Source: an uncultured Gemmatimonadaceae bacterium (lineage in GTDB: Bacteria; Gemmatimonadota; Gemmatimonadetes; Gemmatimonadales; Gemmatimonadaceae). Taken from it: 64,000 nucleotides of DNA. A program made the translations under genes and the position numbers. Numbering within the stretch: the stretch's first letter is position 1; each line of letters starts with the position of its first letter. The stretch is taken from the NCBI GenBank assembly GCA_963817955.1, contig CAWFQK010000004.1, forward strand, positions 672,001-736,000, in the 5' to 3' direction. Under the pieces are notes generated by a model. It was not told the DNA's origin. It worked only from the letters and a program-made list of their open reading frames with translations, and did not search any database. This document shows positions 1-11,608 of this stretch, one piece after another.

Positions 1-930
1 CACCTGCGCGCGCAACTCGGCGAGGAACGCGTCTTCCACTTCGCGCGCCACGACCACGCGGCTCGTCGCGGTGCATTTCTGTCCCGCGTAGCGCATCGCG
101 CCGCCCGCCGTGAGGATCGCCGCCTGACGCAGATCGGCGTCGGCCAGGACGATGGCGACGTTCTTTCCGCCCATCTCGGTCTGATAGCGAATGTTCCGAG
201 TGGCCGCGGTCGCCGCCACGGTCGCACCGACACGGCCAGAGCCGGTAAAGCTCACGGCACGCACCTCGTCGGCCGACAGCAGCGTCGGCCCGATCACCGC
301 CCCCGAGCCGAGCAGCACGTTGAACACGCCGCTCGGCAATCCCGCGGCCGCGGCACATTCGGCCAGCAGCACGGCACAGTGCGACGCCGATTCGGCGGGT
401 TTCAAAATGACAGTATTACCAAACGCTAACGCCGGCGCTGCTTTCCACAAGGGAATGGCGAGCGGAAAATTCCAGGGCGTGATCAGCGCGACTGGTCCGA
501 GCGGTTGGTGTACGCTGAATTGCAGCGCACCCGCCGTCTGCGCGGGAATGACCTCGCCCGACGCACGCACCGCTTCGCCGGCATAATACCGGAGAATGGT
601 CACGCAGCGGCCGACCTCGCCGCGCGCTTCGCCGATTGGCTTTCCCACTTCGCGCGTCACCATCTGCGCAAGCGTGTCGTGCCGCTCGCCGATCACCGCC
701 GCCCACTTGTACAGAAACTCGGCACGCGCGGGACCGGTCATCGTGCGCCACGCGTGGAACGCCGCCGCCGAGGACTGGGCGGCGGCCCGGACGTCGTCCG
801 TCGTGCCGACGGGCACGTGCCCCACGACGTCGGCGGCGTCCGACGGATTGACGTCGGAGATCCAGTCGTCCGACGCACTCATCCGCTGCTCGCCGCCAAT
901 GAAATGGCGCAGCTTCGCGGGCGCGGTCAC
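1..930 (-). CDS. Aldehyde dehydrogenase family protein (runs off left edge)
   Basis: Manual translation from GTG at 930: LRHFIGG, REVGKP, ITPWNFP, ILKPAE, SFTGS, EMGGKN, GQKCTA motifs. Confidence 0.93.
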   Translation of the reverse strand, partial: MTAPAKLRHFIGGEQRMSASDDWISDVNPSDAADVVGHVPVGTTDDVRAAAQSSAAAFHAWRTMTGPARAEFLYKWAAVIGERHDTLAQMVTREVGKPIGEARGEVGRCVTILRYYAGEAVRASGEVIPAQTAGALQFSVHQPLGPVALITPWNFPLAIPLWKAAPALAFGNTVILKPAESASHCAVLLAECAAAAGLPSGVFNVLLGSGAVIGPTLLSADEVRAVSFTGSGRVGATVAATAATRNIRYQTEMGGKNVAIVLADADLRQAAILTAGGAMRYAGQKCTATSRVVVAREVEDAFLAELRAQV

Positions 931-1115
931 GGCTTGGCCACGGCCAGTCTGGCCGGTGACGCACCACGCTGTTCGCGCAGGAGCTCGCGTAGCGCCTCCA
1001 CAGCCATGCTCGCGATGGTCTGGCGCTGAATTGGAACAATGCCCGGCCGCGACGCAGTCGCACCGGGCACGAATGGATCCGATGGGGGCGCATCGGCCGA
1101 TACACGACGAGTCAT
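927..1115 (-). pseudogene. Possible GntR-regulator N-terminal remnant fused to an unrelated tail
   Basis: IQRQTIASMAVEALRE resembles a GntR start but no HTH follows; stop overlaps the ALDH start (GTGA). Confidence 0.35.
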
Positions 1116-1315
1116 CCTTACTCCACGGGTGGTAGCAGGTTCGGCTGGATACACTATCCTTGCGAACGCTTCGGGGCAAGCCGCGCGTATGTCCTTAGTT
1201 GTTCACAGTGGCCTCATGCCCTACCGTCAAGGCAGCCCACGTAGCATTCTCTACGGTCGTGCGTCCGCTGCGCTCCGCGTTCAGTTCCCCTCCCCAGCCC
1301 TCGACCTCAGCGATC

Positions 1316-2263
1316 ATGCAGCTTCCCGCTCCCACCGGCTCCACAACCGCGCGCGAAGCGCTGTTCGTCGCGCTCGGTATCGTCACGTTTGGCTTCATCG
1401 TGGTCATGATTCGTGCGCTACGCGCACGGGCAGCGAGCGGTGAACGCATAGCCACGCCGGCGCCGATCTGGGCGACGAGTTTCATTGCCAACTTTTTCGA
1501 CACGCTCGGCGTCGGCTCTTTCGCCACGTCGACGTCGATCTTCCGGCAGTGGCGCATGATTCCCGACGAGCGCATTCCCGGCACCCTGAACGTCGGCTAC
1601 GCCCTGCCCACCATCGCGCAGGCGTTCATCTACACGGCCATCGTCCCGGTGGACGGCACGACGCTCATTCTCATGATCGTTGCGGCAATCCTTGGAGCCT
1701 GGCTTGGCGCAGGCGTGGTGTCGGCCTGGCCACGTCGCCGGGTGCAGATCGGTATGGGCCTCGCGCTGCTCGGATTCGCGACGATCTTATTGCTCTCTCA
1801 ACTCAACATCACGCCCGCCGGCGGCAATCTGTCAGAGCTCACCGGCGCGCGACTCGCCGTTGGCGTGGTCGGCAATTTCATGCTCGGGGCGTTCATGACG
1901 ATCGGCATCGGTCTGTATGCACCCTGCATGATCCTCGTCAGCCTGCTCGGCATGACACCGACGGCCGCCTTCCCCATCATGATGGGCTCGTGCGCGTTCC
2001 TCATGCCCATGGCGGGCGTCCGTTTCGTACGCACCGGCGGATACGCGCCGCGGGCAATGATCGGCATGATGATCGCCGGACTGCCGGCCGTCCTCATCGC
2101 GGCCTTCATCGTCAAGACGCTCAATGTCACCGCGGTGAAATGGCTCGTGTTGGTGGTCGTGACATACACGGCCGTCAACCTGCTGCGTGCGGCCCGGCGC
2201 GAACGTGATCTCTCGGCGGCAGCGACCAGCGCGGAATCAATCGGGCTTGATACTGGAGTGTGA
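1316..2263 (+). CDS. TauE/SafE sulfite-exporter family membrane protein
   Basis: NFFDTLGVGSFA, IPGTLNVG, AAFPIMMGSCAFL; multiple TM segments. Confidence 0.85.
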   Translation: MQLPAPTGSTTAREALFVALGIVTFGFIVVMIRALRARAASGERIATPAPIWATSFIANFFDTLGVGSFATSTSIFRQWRMIPDERIPGTLNVGYALPTIAQAFIYTAIVPVDGTTLILMIVAAILGAWLGAGVVSAWPRRRVQIGMGLALLGFATILLLSQLNITPAGGNLSELTGARLAVGVVGNFMLGAFMTIGIGLYAPCMILVSLLGMTPTAAFPIMMGSCAFLMPMAGVRFVRTGGYAPRAMIGMMIAGLPAVLIAAFIVKTLNVTAVKWLVLVVVTYTAVNLLRAARRERDLSAAATSAESIGLDTGV

Positions 2264-2427
2264 GCCGCCGCTCACGAGGTTGATGTCGGCCTCGGCGAGC
2301 GATAGCGATGAGGGCGAGTAGCTTCGTGAGCTCGCAGCTCTTCGTGTTCGACCGCCTGCGCAGAGAACGCTGGCGGTCGAACACTGATCAGGGCATGCGC
2401 ACCAGGGGATTCGACGTCGTCCATCGC

Positions 2428-2979
2428 TCAATGCGACGGCCGTCCGGTCACCATTTCAAGAATCTTTCTCTCGAGTGTCCCGGTTGACGTACACCGCACA
2501 TCGTCTCCGGATTGGGTGATGGGGTGTCCCGAGGCGGCAACCGTGGTCGACAAGGTCGTGGACGCCGCACCCGTCGACCGCGCCTGCGTGACGACAGACA
2601 GACTGATTTCGTAGGTATCGGCGCTCGACATTCCCTGGGCGCTGCCGCAATTGATGTACTTCGAGAGCGCCACCGTGCCGACGCGGCGGCGCAGCCTGTA
2701 GCTCGGGTTGCCGATCGTATGGGCCGTTGGATCAACCATACCAATGGGAATACCCAGCGAATCGAACACGACCGGCAAACGGCGCCATACCTGGTCGAGT
2801 GCCATTGGAACCGCCGCGTCCATACTTCCGCCGCTCGGTGTGGTCGTCATCGTCAGCATGCCGCCGCCGTCGACAAGTCGCACGGTTTCAACCGGCGCAG
2901 GGCCGCTCGCGGCCGGCGGATTCGAACTTGCGCAGGCCGTCGCTGCGAGGATTGAGCACATCATCATGCGTCGCATCAT
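2428..2979 (-). CDS. Hypothetical lipoprotein
   Basis: N-terminal signal with lipobox-like AATAC; paired Cys (INCG, RCTSTG). Confidence 0.6.
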   Translation of the reverse strand: MMRRMMMCSILAATACASSNPPAASGPAPVETVRLVDGGGMLTMTTTPSGGSMDAAVPMALDQVWRRLPVVFDSLGIPIGMVDPTAHTIGNPSYRLRRRVGTVALSKYINCGSAQGMSSADTYEISLSVVTQARSTGAASTTLSTTVAASGHPITQSGDDVRCTSTGTLERKILEMVTGRPSH

Positions 2980-3103
2980 TACACTCGAGTGAACGGGACA
3001 ACCCGATGATATGCTGTCTCGCGGCTGGAGTCCAGTCGGACGTGTGCGCCGCATCCAGTATCCGGCCCTTGTGCCGCGAACCAGAATGGACGAGGATGCT
3101 CGC

Positions 3104-4105
3104 ATGAGTTCCTCCTCACGCTCGCTGGTCGTCGGCACCGCCACGGCCAGGAATAATAGCAAGGTCTCCGGTTTCCTCGATGTTCCGGATAGTTCCGATC
3201 CAGGCACGCGCATTCCCGTGACCGTCGTCACGGGCGCGCGACCGGGCCCGGTGCTCGCCCTCACCGCGGGAATTCACGGGTCCGAGCCGTCTCCCATCCT
3301 GGCGCTGCAACGCGTGCGCAAGGAGTTGGACCCCGCCGATCTCAGCGGAACGGTCATTCTCGTGCACATCGCGAACGTACCGTCGTTCACCCACCGTACC
3401 ATCTACCGTGGACCGTGGGATTGGAAGAACCTGAATCGCGTCTTTCCCGGGCGTGCCGATGGAACCACCTCGGAACGCATCGCGTACGCCATCACCACAG
3501 AAGTCATCGACCAATGCGATTGTCTCATCGACATGCATTCGGGCGACGGAAACGAATCGCTGCGGGCATATTCGTATTGGAATAACCTCGGCGTGGACGA
3601 CGTCGTGGACGCGCGGACCCGCGATCTCGCGGTGGCCTTCGGAATCGACCACATCGTGATCGACCGGGGACGCCCACGCGACCCTGCCGCGACGCTCTTC
3701 TGCTCGAACACGGCGCAAGCGCGCGGCAAGCCTGCGGTCACGACGGAAGCCGGTGGTGTGGGAGTTCCGACTGAAGACATGGTAGCACTCAACGTTGCCG
3801 GCGCCTTCCGGGTCATGCGACACCTGGGCATGCTGCCCGGCCCACGCCCCGAGCCACTGAATCCAGTGTGGCTCGAGCCCACGGAGGTGTTGATAAGCCC
3901 CGAGACCGGCATCTGGCTGCCGGCTGTGCATTGCGGCGATGATGTCGATGCCAATGCGTTGCTCGGACGCGTGACCGACTACTTCGGTGAGACGCTGGCC
4001 GAGATATGCGCACCTTTCGCGGGCGTGGTCCTTTATGTCGTCGTGTCGCCGGCCATATCGAAGGGCGAGCCCGTGGGCATGGTGGCAAGCCCGGTGCCCT
4101 CGTAA
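3104..4105 (+). CDS. Succinylglutamate desuccinylase/aspartoacylase (M14) family
   Basis: AGIHGSE, NLNRVFPG, IDMHSG, TEAG motifs and C-terminal barrel-sandwich segment. Confidence 0.9.
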   Translation: MSSSSRSLVVGTATARNNSKVSGFLDVPDSSDPGTRIPVTVVTGARPGPVLALTAGIHGSEPSPILALQRVRKELDPADLSGTVILVHIANVPSFTHRTIYRGPWDWKNLNRVFPGRADGTTSERIAYAITTEVIDQCDCLIDMHSGDGNESLRAYSYWNNLGVDDVVDARTRDLAVAFGIDHIVIDRGRPRDPAATLFCSNTAQARGKPAVTTEAGGVGVPTEDMVALNVAGAFRVMRHLGMLPGPRPEPLNPVWLEPTEVLISPETGIWLPAVHCGDDVDANALLGRVTDYFGETLAEICAPFAGVVLYVVVSPAISKGEPVGMVASPVPS

Positions 4106-6243
4106 GTCTTTCCACCCGATTGCCTCCCGTGCCGCGGCGCCAGCAGTACGCGAGCGTCGGCGGCCATGCAGCCGGAGGGAAACGCCATGAGCGGATTGAC
4201 GTCGAGCTCCCGAATGTCGGGAAAATCTTCCGCGAGCTGAGACAGACGACGGAGGACGGCCGAGAGCGCGTCGCGATCCACCGGCGGCTCGCCGCGCATG
4301 CCGGTGAGTCTGCGCGCGCCGCGAATTCCATCGAGCATCGCGCTGGCATCCGCGGCCGTAATGGGGCTGACGCGGAACATCACATCGCGCATGGCTTCAA
4401 CGAAGATGCCGCCAAGACCGAACATGACGAGAGATCCGAACTTCGCGTCGTGTGTGGTTCCGGCAATGGTTTCTCGTCCGCCTTCCACCATCTGCTGCAC
4501 CAGCACGCCGGTGATGCGCGCTTCGGGCACGCTGCGGCGCACATTACCGAGTAATTGATCGTAGGCCGTGCGCAGCTCCGCTTCGGATCGAATGCCGACC
4601 TGCACTCCGCCGACGTCACTCTTATGCAACACGTCGGGTGACACGATCTTGAGAACGAGCGGGTACCCGAAATCGCGCGCCACACTCAGCGCCTCGAGGA
4701 CGCTCGTCGCGAGGCGCGCCGGCGCGATCGGGATTCCGTACGCCGAGAGCAACTCGAGCGCCTCGATTTCCGAGAGGCGATCCCGGTCCTCGCCGAGGGC
4801 AGTGGCGACTATTCGGTCAGCCGCATCGCGATCGACGACAAGACGCTCGGCGCGGACGGTCGGCGTGTCGGCCCACTCACGGTGACGATTCAGCGCCGCC
4901 AGCGCACGCGCCGCTGATTCCGGAAAGATGTACGCAGGAATGCCCGATTGGTGCAGCTCGGCGCGACCTTCGGGTAGCCCTTCGCGACCCATCAGCACCG
5001 CAAGGACGGGCTTGTGAGGCGCCGTTTCCGCCGCGCTGCCGATGGCTTCAGCGACATCCGACTGCTTGATGCCGAACGGCGGCACGAAAATCGGGACCAC
5101 CGCATCGATGTTGGGATCGGCGAGCAATGCGGTGAGCGCGGCCTTGTAGCCGGCCGGCGTCGCCGAAGCGATCATGTCGAGCGGATTGCGGATCGATGCT
5201 TCGTCCGGCAGCAGCGGACGAATGGCGCGCACCGTCTCGGGGCTCAGGTCGACCACGTCGAGCCCGCAGGTCTCCAACGCATCGGCAGCGAGAATTCCGG
5301 GTCCGCCGGCATTGGTGAGTACCGCCGTCCGGCGCCCCCGCGGCAGCGCGCGCGCGCCGAAGCCCATTGCCATGTCGAACAGCTCCTCGATCGAGGCGGC
5401 GCGAAGGACACCGGCCTGGGTCAGGAGCGCATCCACCGCCGTGTCACTCGCCGCGAGAGCGCCGGTGTGGGACAACGCCGCGCGGGCACCGGCGCGCGAC
5501 CGTCCCGACTTCACCACGATGATCGGCTTCGTTTTCGTCAGCCGCGAGGCGGTCTCGAGGAACCGGCGCGGATTGCCGAAGTTCTCCACGTACATCAGAA
5601 TGACGCGCACCGCCGGATCGTGCTCCCACTGCACGAGCAGGTCGTTGCCACTCACGTCGGCCTTGTTGCCAATGGAAACGAACTGCGCAATGCCAATGCC
5701 GTACTCACGAGCGTAGTCGAGCACACTCACGCCCAGGGCGCCGGACTGCGATACGAACGCCGCGTGGCCGAACGCGGGCGTAGCGGTGGCGAACGTTGCG
5801 TTCATCGAGACCGCGGGATCGCGATTGATCACGCCCATGCAGTTCGGTCCCACCATACGGGTGCCGCTATGACGAACGAGGTCGACGAGCTGGCGTTCCA
5901 GCTCAGCGCCGGCGGCCCCCACTTCCTTGAATCCAGCGGAGATGACGACCAACGACTTCACGCCTGCCGCTACGCACTGTTCCGTCACGTCGAGCACGTG
6001 CTGCTTTGGCACGACGATGATGCCGAGGTCAATCGGATCAGGGATGTCGCCCACAGTGGGGTATGCTTTCACCGACCCAATGCAGCGCGCCGTTGGATTC
6101 ACCGGGTACACCGCGCCAGTGAATCCGTGGGAGATGAGGTTGGTGAGCATCTGATGTCCGATGGTCGCCGGACGACGGGACGCGCCAATGACCGCGATGG
6201 AGCGCGGAGCGAGCAGCGCAGTGAGTGATGGGTCGGACATCAA
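4033..6243 (-). CDS. ADP-forming acetate/acyl-CoA ligase (fused alpha/beta)
   Basis: IAVIGAS, GPNCMG, SQSGALG, SHTGALA, NPLDM, HKSDVGGV, ELDVNP. Confidence 0.93.
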   Translation of the reverse strand: MMSDPSLTALLAPRSIAVIGASRRPATIGHQMLTNLISHGFTGAVYPVNPTARCIGSVKAYPTVGDIPDPIDLGIIVVPKQHVLDVTEQCVAAGVKSLVVISAGFKEVGAAGAELERQLVDLVRHSGTRMVGPNCMGVINRDPAVSMNATFATATPAFGHAAFVSQSGALGVSVLDYAREYGIGIAQFVSIGNKADVSGNDLLVQWEHDPAVRVILMYVENFGNPRRFLETASRLTKTKPIIVVKSGRSRAGARAALSHTGALAASDTAVDALLTQAGVLRAASIEELFDMAMGFGARALPRGRRTAVLTNAGGPGILAADALETCGLDVVDLSPETVRAIRPLLPDEASIRNPLDMIASATPAGYKAALTALLADPNIDAVVPIFVPPFGIKQSDVAEAIGSAAETAPHKPVLAVLMGREGLPEGRAELHQSGIPAYIFPESAARALAALNRHREWADTPTVRAERLVVDRDAADRIVATALGEDRDRLSEIEALELLSAYGIPIAPARLATSVLEALSVARDFGYPLVLKIVSPDVLHKSDVGGVQVGIRSEAELRTAYDQLLGNVRRSVPEARITGVLVQQMVEGGRETIAGTTHDAKFGSLVMFGLGGIFVEAMRDVMFRVSPITAADASAMLDGIRGARRLTGMRGEPPVDRDALSAVLRRLSQLAEDFPDIRELDVNPLMAFPSGCMAADARVLLAPRHGRQSGGKTYEGTGLATMPTGSPFDMAGDTTT

Positions 6244-6388
6244 ACCTCTGGTTAACCGGGCGGCGACATGCAGCCCGCGCGCAAGCTCGGTCGCAATGGA
6301 CTCGAGTGCTGTCGGCGAAGTAGTGATGACAATGTCAGGCGTTCTACGAACACACGGGCGCGATCTTGACCGTGCTGTCGGTCAACCA

Positions 6389-6889
6389 TCACCCACCGCG
6401 CGCAAGACGAACCGCGGCACCCACGAGGATCACCCCGAAGATCGCGTTTGCTCGTGCCAGCAGCGCCGCTCGTCGACGAAACGCCAGCGCCTGCACGGAC
6501 CCGGGCACGGCGCGTCCGGCACGCGGCCCATCGATGAAATCGTGCACGGCGCTGACGGTCACCATCACGACCACTGCGGCGAGCTTCACACCGAGGGCAT
6601 GGCCGAGCGCGGTGTTCCAGAATGCCGGCGAGTCGAACACGCCTTGCCAATGCAGCAAACCACGGTAGTGAAGGTTGATGATGCCCGTGACCACGAGCAC
6701 GCCGATCGACCACCAACCGGCGCGGCGAAAGGCGACTCCCAGTTGCTGAAAAAGCGCTTGGCGCAGCGGCGGCGGCTCAATGGAGCGGAGCACCGGCGCC
6801 CCGACGGCGCCGAGAAAGAACATGCCGCCGAGCCAGAGCATGGCGGCGAGCACGTGCACGGTGACGTTCAGGAAATACAACGCGGACAT
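6389..6889 (-). CDS. CopD/DUF4149-like four-TM protein
   Basis: HVLAAMLWLGGMFFL, KL...HDF; 4 TM helices. Confidence 0.7.
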   Translation of the reverse strand: MSALYFLNVTVHVLAAMLWLGGMFFLGAVGAPVLRSIEPPPLRQALFQQLGVAFRRAGWWSIGVLVVTGIINLHYRGLLHWQGVFDSPAFWNTALGHALGVKLAAVVVMVTVSAVHDFIDGPRAGRAVPGSVQALAFRRRAALLARANAIFGVILVGAAVRLARGG

Positions 6890-6911
6890 GTGTGGTTGGA
6901 AGTGCGGTGTG

Positions 6912-7244
6912 TCAGCGAGTGCCCGGACGCGGCGCGATGACGGCGGCGATTACGAGGCGTTCATCGGCTGCGCGCATGCCATGTGGCTCATTCATGTCGT
7001 AGGCAATGATATCACCCGGCTTGACCGCGCGTTCGCCGTCTGCCCCCTCCACCAAACCGTGGCCTTCAATGACGAAGAGGAGCACGGTGGAGGGACTGGT
7101 GTGCACGGGCACTCGCTGTCCCGCCTCGATCCGGAAGATGACGACGCGCGCATCCGTGGCATCGTGGGCGAGAACGGTGGCCGGCTTCTGCGGATTGGAT
7201 GAGACTGCCTGGAGTGCGAGGGCCGACGCGTCGTAGACCTTCAC
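6912..7244 (-). CDS. Cupin domain protein
   Basis: PVHTS...IEGHG...PGD...EPHGMRA; GTG start overlaps upstream stop. Confidence 0.85.
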   Translation of the reverse strand: MKVYDASALALQAVSSNPQKPATVLAHDATDARVVIFRIEAGQRVPVHTSPSTVLLFVIEGHGLVEGADGERAVKPGDIIAYDMNEPHGMRAADERLVIAAVIAPRPGTR

Positions 7245-7471
7245 GCCGCGGTGACCGCTTCGCGTACGGCTCGTAGAAGGGCGTCGAGGTCTAGACCGTT
7301 GGCTTGCGCCGCCTGGGCAATGCTCAGACCGCCGCCGCAACAGGTGTCAACTCCAAAGGTATTGAGAACCGCAATCGCATCCGGGAACCGCGCGATCGTG
7401 TCGTTGACGGTCCAATCGGCGCTGATGTCAGTGACTTTCTGCAAGGATACTTCCTTATTGCGAGACGGCAT
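7241..7471 (-). CDS. DUF542/ScdA N-terminal-like small protein
   Basis: FGVDTCCGGGLSIAQA motif. Confidence 0.85.
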   Translation of the reverse strand: MPSRNKEVSLQKVTDISADWTVNDTIARFPDAIAVLNTFGVDTCCGGGLSIAQAAQANGLDLDALLRAVREAVTAA

Positions 7472-7488
7472 TGCGAAAGGGCGCGGCT

Positions 7489-7947
7489 TTATTTGAGCGA
7501 CGGCCGTGAAGCTGCGCAGACCGTGTCGAGCTGACTGTCAGATAACGCAAACCACTCGCGCTGGTAATCACACACGCGCCGGACGATATCCGTTCCATCA
7601 AAGATCAAACAATTGTTGCCCTGGCATTCGTAGGCGGGCATGCGAGTCTCCCGTACGCGCCACTGGCGCCCGTCAGACCCAAGAAAGTAACGCTCACGGA
7701 CATCAGGAACGTATTGCGCGCCTGGAAGGCTCGTTGCGGCAGATGCAGGCTTCTCGGTGAGCAACAGAATGAGGGTGGAAAGCGCTACGAGGATGGATCC
7801 GGGGGAGTACGGGTAAACAAATAGCAATGCCCGTACCACAAATATGGCATCCAAACACTCGCCGCGCACCATGGATGATTTAGGGGGCGTTCGTAGTGGG
7901 AATGCCGGCCCGGTGCCAGAGCACCGGGCCGGCATGGAATGACTCAC
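7489..7947 (-). CDS. Hypothetical protein (true start probably further downstream)
   Basis: ORF with DGRQWRVRE...CLIFD...RRV...W motif; 5' part looks non-coding. Confidence 0.45.
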   Translation of the reverse strand: MSHSMPARCSGTGPAFPLRTPPKSSMVRGECLDAIFVVRALLFVYPYSPGSILVALSTLILLLTEKPASAATSLPGAQYVPDVRERYFLGSDGRQWRVRETRMPAYECQGNNCLIFDGTDIVRRVCDYQREWFALSDSQLDTVCAASRPSLK

Positions 7948-8663
7948 CTGATCTCGATGCGACGCCGATTGTGTTCAGCCTGCTTGGGCGCCGGCACCTT
8001 GATCTCGAGCACGCCGTCCTTGAACGATGTGTCGACATGCTCAGTGTCCGCGGATTCCGGCAATGGAATGGCGCGGTAGAACTCGCCGTACGTCCGCTCC
8101 GTTCTGTAGAAGCCTTCCCGGTCCTGTTCGTTTTCCTCCTGACGCTCTCCACAGATGGTCAGGATGTCGTTTTCAACTTCTACCTGGATGTCATCCTTCT
8201 TGACGCCGGGGAGATCGGCGCGGATCACGAACTTGTCGCCACTCTGAAATGTCTCGACCGTCGGGAATCGAAGGTCCGCTGACGTGACGAGGTCGGCAGG
8301 CAAGGTGCGCCCGAGGCCGCCAGTCAACATCGGATTCAGGCTCAGCCCGGTCCACGGACGGCCGAACCCGAGGTGCCCAAAGAGCTCATCCATGTCCTGG
8401 GCCATCCGCTGCATAACACGAAATGGCTCAGCCGTAAGGCCACCGCCAATGTTCTCCCGCAGATTGCCTTGTTCCGAGCGACGCGCCAGGTCGCCACGCT
8501 TGGGTTGGCGCTGTTCCCGACCCGTAGCGATGGAGCGCTCCTGATCACTCCGGCCGCTCTCCGTTCCGTGCACGTCGGTAGTGGAAGATGTTTGTTGCGT
8601 GCTGCCGGTCTGCTGCTGCGTTCCCGTTTGCCGCCCCTGGCCCTGCTGCGTCTCACGCGCCAT
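7944..8663 (-). CDS. Hsp20/alpha-crystallin small heat-shock protein
   Basis: [36 protein letters not shown] 8663 after GGGGA. Confidence 0.92.
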   Translation of the reverse strand: MARETQQGQGRQTGTQQQTGSTQQTSSTTDVHGTESGRSDQERSIATGREQRQPKRGDLARRSEQGNLRENIGGGLTAEPFRVMQRMAQDMDELFGHLGFGRPWTGLSLNPMLTGGLGRTLPADLVTSADLRFPTVETFQSGDKFVIRADLPGVKKDDIQVEVENDILTICGERQEENEQDREGFYRTERTYGEFYRAIPLPESADTEHVDTSFKDGVLEIKVPAPKQAEHNRRRIEIR

Positions 8664-8801
8664 TGCTGTATCCCCCTGTGGTGTAGTCGCGGCGATCGAT
8701 GCGACCGCCGCGCCGTCTCGCAGCAACGGATGTGCCGACAACATCACGAGTCGTGGCGCGTAGCGTGCGGTGCTGCGACCATTCTCCCGCCGGAGTCTCA
8801 C

Positions 8802-11294
8802 GTGCCTGACACCCCCTACGCATTCGACAAGACGCTGTCGAGTGCGGTGCCTGCGACCGAACTCGAACCCACCGCCGCAGCCGCCGCGTCTCGCGGAACG
8901 CTCATGCAGGATCGGCCGGGGAGCATCACGGACGAGCAGCTCGCCCGGATGCACCGATATTGGCAAGCGGCCAACTATCTGACCATCGGGCAGATTTTTC
9001 TGCAGGACAACCCGCTGCTCCGCGAGCCCTTGCGTGCCGAACACATCAAGCCCCGACTCCTGGGCCATTGGGGCACGTCGCCGGGTCTCAACCTGCTGTA
9101 CGTGCACGTCAACCGACTCATCAAGGAGCGCGATGCCAAGTTTCTATATCTCGCCGGTCCCGGCCACGGCGGCCCGGCGCTCGTCGCGAATGTGTACCTC
9201 GAAGGGTCGTACTCGGAGGTGCTGCCGGAGATCACGCGCGATGTCGCGGGCCTGCGGCGGCTCTTCCGACAGTTCTCTACCCCGGGCGGCATTCCCAGTC
9301 ATGTCAGCGTGACGACGCCGGGCTCAATCCATGAAGGGGGCGAACTGGGGTACGTGCTGTCACACGCAGCGGGGGCGGTGTTCGACAACCCGGATCTGAT
9401 CGCGCTCGCCGTCGTCGGCGACGGCGAAGCGGAGACCGGACCGCTCGAGGGTTCATGGAAGCTTACGAGTTTCCTCAACCCGGCCCGCGACGGAGCGGTG
9501 TTGCCGGTCTTGCATCTCAACGGGTACAAGATCAGCGGCCCCACCGTGCTCGCGCGAACCAATGACGCCGACCTGCGCGCGCTGTTGCAGGGTCATGGCT
9601 ACGACGTGCTGTTCGTCGAGGGCGACGAACCGGCTGCGGTGCATCGCCAACTCTCCACCGCCCTCGACCAGTGCTACGAGCGCATCCGGACCATTCAGCG
9701 CGACGCGCGGCAGCGCGGCGCGGCTCACGTCACGGCGCGTCCACGCTGGCCGATGCTCGTCCTGCGAACACCGAAAGGGTGGACGGGTCCGGCCGTCGTC
9801 CACGGCCTGCCGGTGGAAGGTACGTTTCGCGCGCATCAGGTGCCGCTGACCAATCCGAAAACAGACCCGGCCGAGTTGCGCATGCTGGAAGAATGGATGC
9901 GCAGCTACGAGCCGGAGCATCTCTTCGACGACCGTGGTGCGCTGAGGCCAGAGCTCCAGGCGCTTGCCCCCACCGGCGACAGGCGCATGGGCGCCACGCC
10001 GCACGCAAACGGCGGCCGCATCCTCCAGCCGCTCGCGCTTCCTGATTTCCGCGACTATGCGCTCGAGGTCGGCGCGCCCGCCACGATGCGCGCCGAGTCC
10101 ACCAGGCGGCTCGGACAGATGACGCGCGACATCTTCGTTCGGAATCGCGAGGCATCGAATTTCAGAATCTTCTGTCCCGACGAGACGAACTCCAACCGGC
10201 TGGCGAACGTCTTCGACGTCGAGAATCGTTGCTTCGTCGGGCCGCACCTGGGAATAGACGACCACCTGGCCCCGGACGGACGCGTGATGGAGGTGTTGAG
10301 CGAACACCTCTGCGAGGGATGGCTCGAGGGATATCTGCTCACGGGCCGGCATGGGTTGTACGTCACGTACGAGGCGTTCGCGATGGTGTCGGCGTCGATG
10401 ACCGTGCAGCACGCCAAATGGTTGGAGGAGTCGTTGTGTCTGTCCTGGCGCGCGCCCGTCGCATCGCTCAACATCCTGCTGACGTCCACCTGTTGGCGAA
10501 ACGACCATAATGGGTTCAGCCATCAAGGACCGGGCCTCATCGACGTCATGTTGTCGAAGCGCGGCACCGTCGCGCGCATCTACCTGCCACCGGATGCGAA
10601 CTCACTACTCACGGTGGCCGACCACTGCTTCCGCTCGCGCAGCTACGTCAACCTGATCGTCATCGACAAGCAGCCCCAGTTACAGTGGCTGTCGATGGAA
10701 GACGCCATTGCGGGGGCACGACAGGGTGCGGCGACCTGGACGTGGGCCGGCACACCCGGATCAGATGGGGCGGACCCCGACGTCATCCTCGCCTGCGCCG
10801 GAGACACGCCGACCCTGGAGACTGTCGCCGCCGCATGGTGGCTACGCCGCCTGGCGCCCGAGTTGCGGGTGCGCGTGGTGAACGTCATCGATCTCATGAC
10901 TCTCTTTCACCCCGACGTGCATCCGCATGGCATGAGCCGCGAGCGGTTCGTGGAATTGTTCACGCGTGACCGCCCGGTGATCTTCGCCTTTCACGGATAT
11001 CAAAACGCTGTGCACCAGATCATCCACGGCCGCCCCGCCCCGTCGCGATTCCACGTGCGCGGCTTCAAGGAGCAAGGCACGACGACGACGCCGTTCGATA
11101 TGGTAGTCCTGAATGGCATCAGCCGCTTTCATCTGGCATCTATCGCCCTGAAGTACGCATGGCCGGATGATCCCAGGACGCCCGAGCGCATGGCCGAGTG
11201 CGAGCGTAAGATCCGGGAGGCAGTGGAGTACACGAGGGAGTACCTCGAGGACCCGCCGGAGATTCGCGATTGGACGTGGCAAGAGACAGGGTGA
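8802..11294 (+). CDS. xfp: Xylulose-5-P/fructose-6-P phosphoketolase
   Basis: [44 protein letters not shown]. Confidence 0.96.
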   Translation: MPDTPYAFDKTLSSAVPATELEPTAAAAASRGTLMQDRPGSITDEQLARMHRYWQAANYLTIGQIFLQDNPLLREPLRAEHIKPRLLGHWGTSPGLNLLYVHVNRLIKERDAKFLYLAGPGHGGPALVANVYLEGSYSEVLPEITRDVAGLRRLFRQFSTPGGIPSHVSVTTPGSIHEGGELGYVLSHAAGAVFDNPDLIALAVVGDGEAETGPLEGSWKLTSFLNPARDGAVLPVLHLNGYKISGPTVLARTNDADLRALLQGHGYDVLFVEGDEPAAVHRQLSTALDQCYERIRTIQRDARQRGAAHVTARPRWPMLVLRTPKGWTGPAVVHGLPVEGTFRAHQVPLTNPKTDPAELRMLEEWMRSYEPEHLFDDRGALRPELQALAPTGDRRMGATPHANGGRILQPLALPDFRDYALEVGAPATMRAESTRRLGQMTRDIFVRNREASNFRIFCPDETNSNRLANVFDVENRCFVGPHLGIDDHLAPDGRVMEVLSEHLCEGWLEGYLLTGRHGLYVTYEAFAMVSASMTVQHAKWLEESLCLSWRAPVASLNILLTSTCWRNDHNGFSHQGPGLIDVMLSKRGTVARIYLPPDANSLLTVADHCFRSRSYVNLIVIDKQPQLQWLSMEDAIAGARQGAATWTWAGTPGSDGADPDVILACAGDTPTLETVAAAWWLRRLAPELRVRVVNVIDLMTLFHPDVHPHGMSRERFVELFTRDRPVIFAFHGYQNAVHQIIHGRPAPSRFHVRGFKEQGTTTTPFDMVVLNGISRFHLASIALKYAWPDDPRTPERMAECERKIREAVEYTREYLEDPPEIRDWTWQETG

Positions 11295-11339
11295 CACGTG
11301 TCCGGCTACTCCCTTTAACGCAGAGCGGTAGAACAGCTG

Positions 11340-11608
11340 TTAACGCAGAGGTCGCAGAGAACTGCAGGAGAACTGCAGAGGACTGCAAAAGAGAACTGCA
11401 AAAGGGAACTGCAAATAGAGCACTGGAAAAGGGAACTGCAAAGAGAACGGGAAGCGTACGGAAGAGAGAAGCGCGTATTGGTGGAATGAACCGTGATTGC
11501 CGAGTCCACAATCATTCCGCTTATATCATCGATGATCCCGACCTGGGCGAAACCATCCTTCACGGTCCTCTGCAGTTCTCCTGCAGTTCTCTGCGACCTC
11601 TGCGTTAA
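11340..11608. repeat. 44-bp perfect inverted repeat pair enclosing AACTGCA-rich repeats and a GxxExxY-like gene remnant
   Basis: 11340-11383 is the exact reverse complement of 11565-11608. Confidence 0.9.

Noticed and set aside
5014..6228. Long antisense ORFs (also 9453-10526, 21510-22781, 36368-37555, 57895-58866)
   Set aside because: Shadow frames of well-supported genes in high-GC DNA
8373..9107. Apparent long overlap between xfp and hsp20 ORFs
   Set aside because: Result of first-start calling; RBS-supported starts at 8802 and 8663 leave a normal divergent gap
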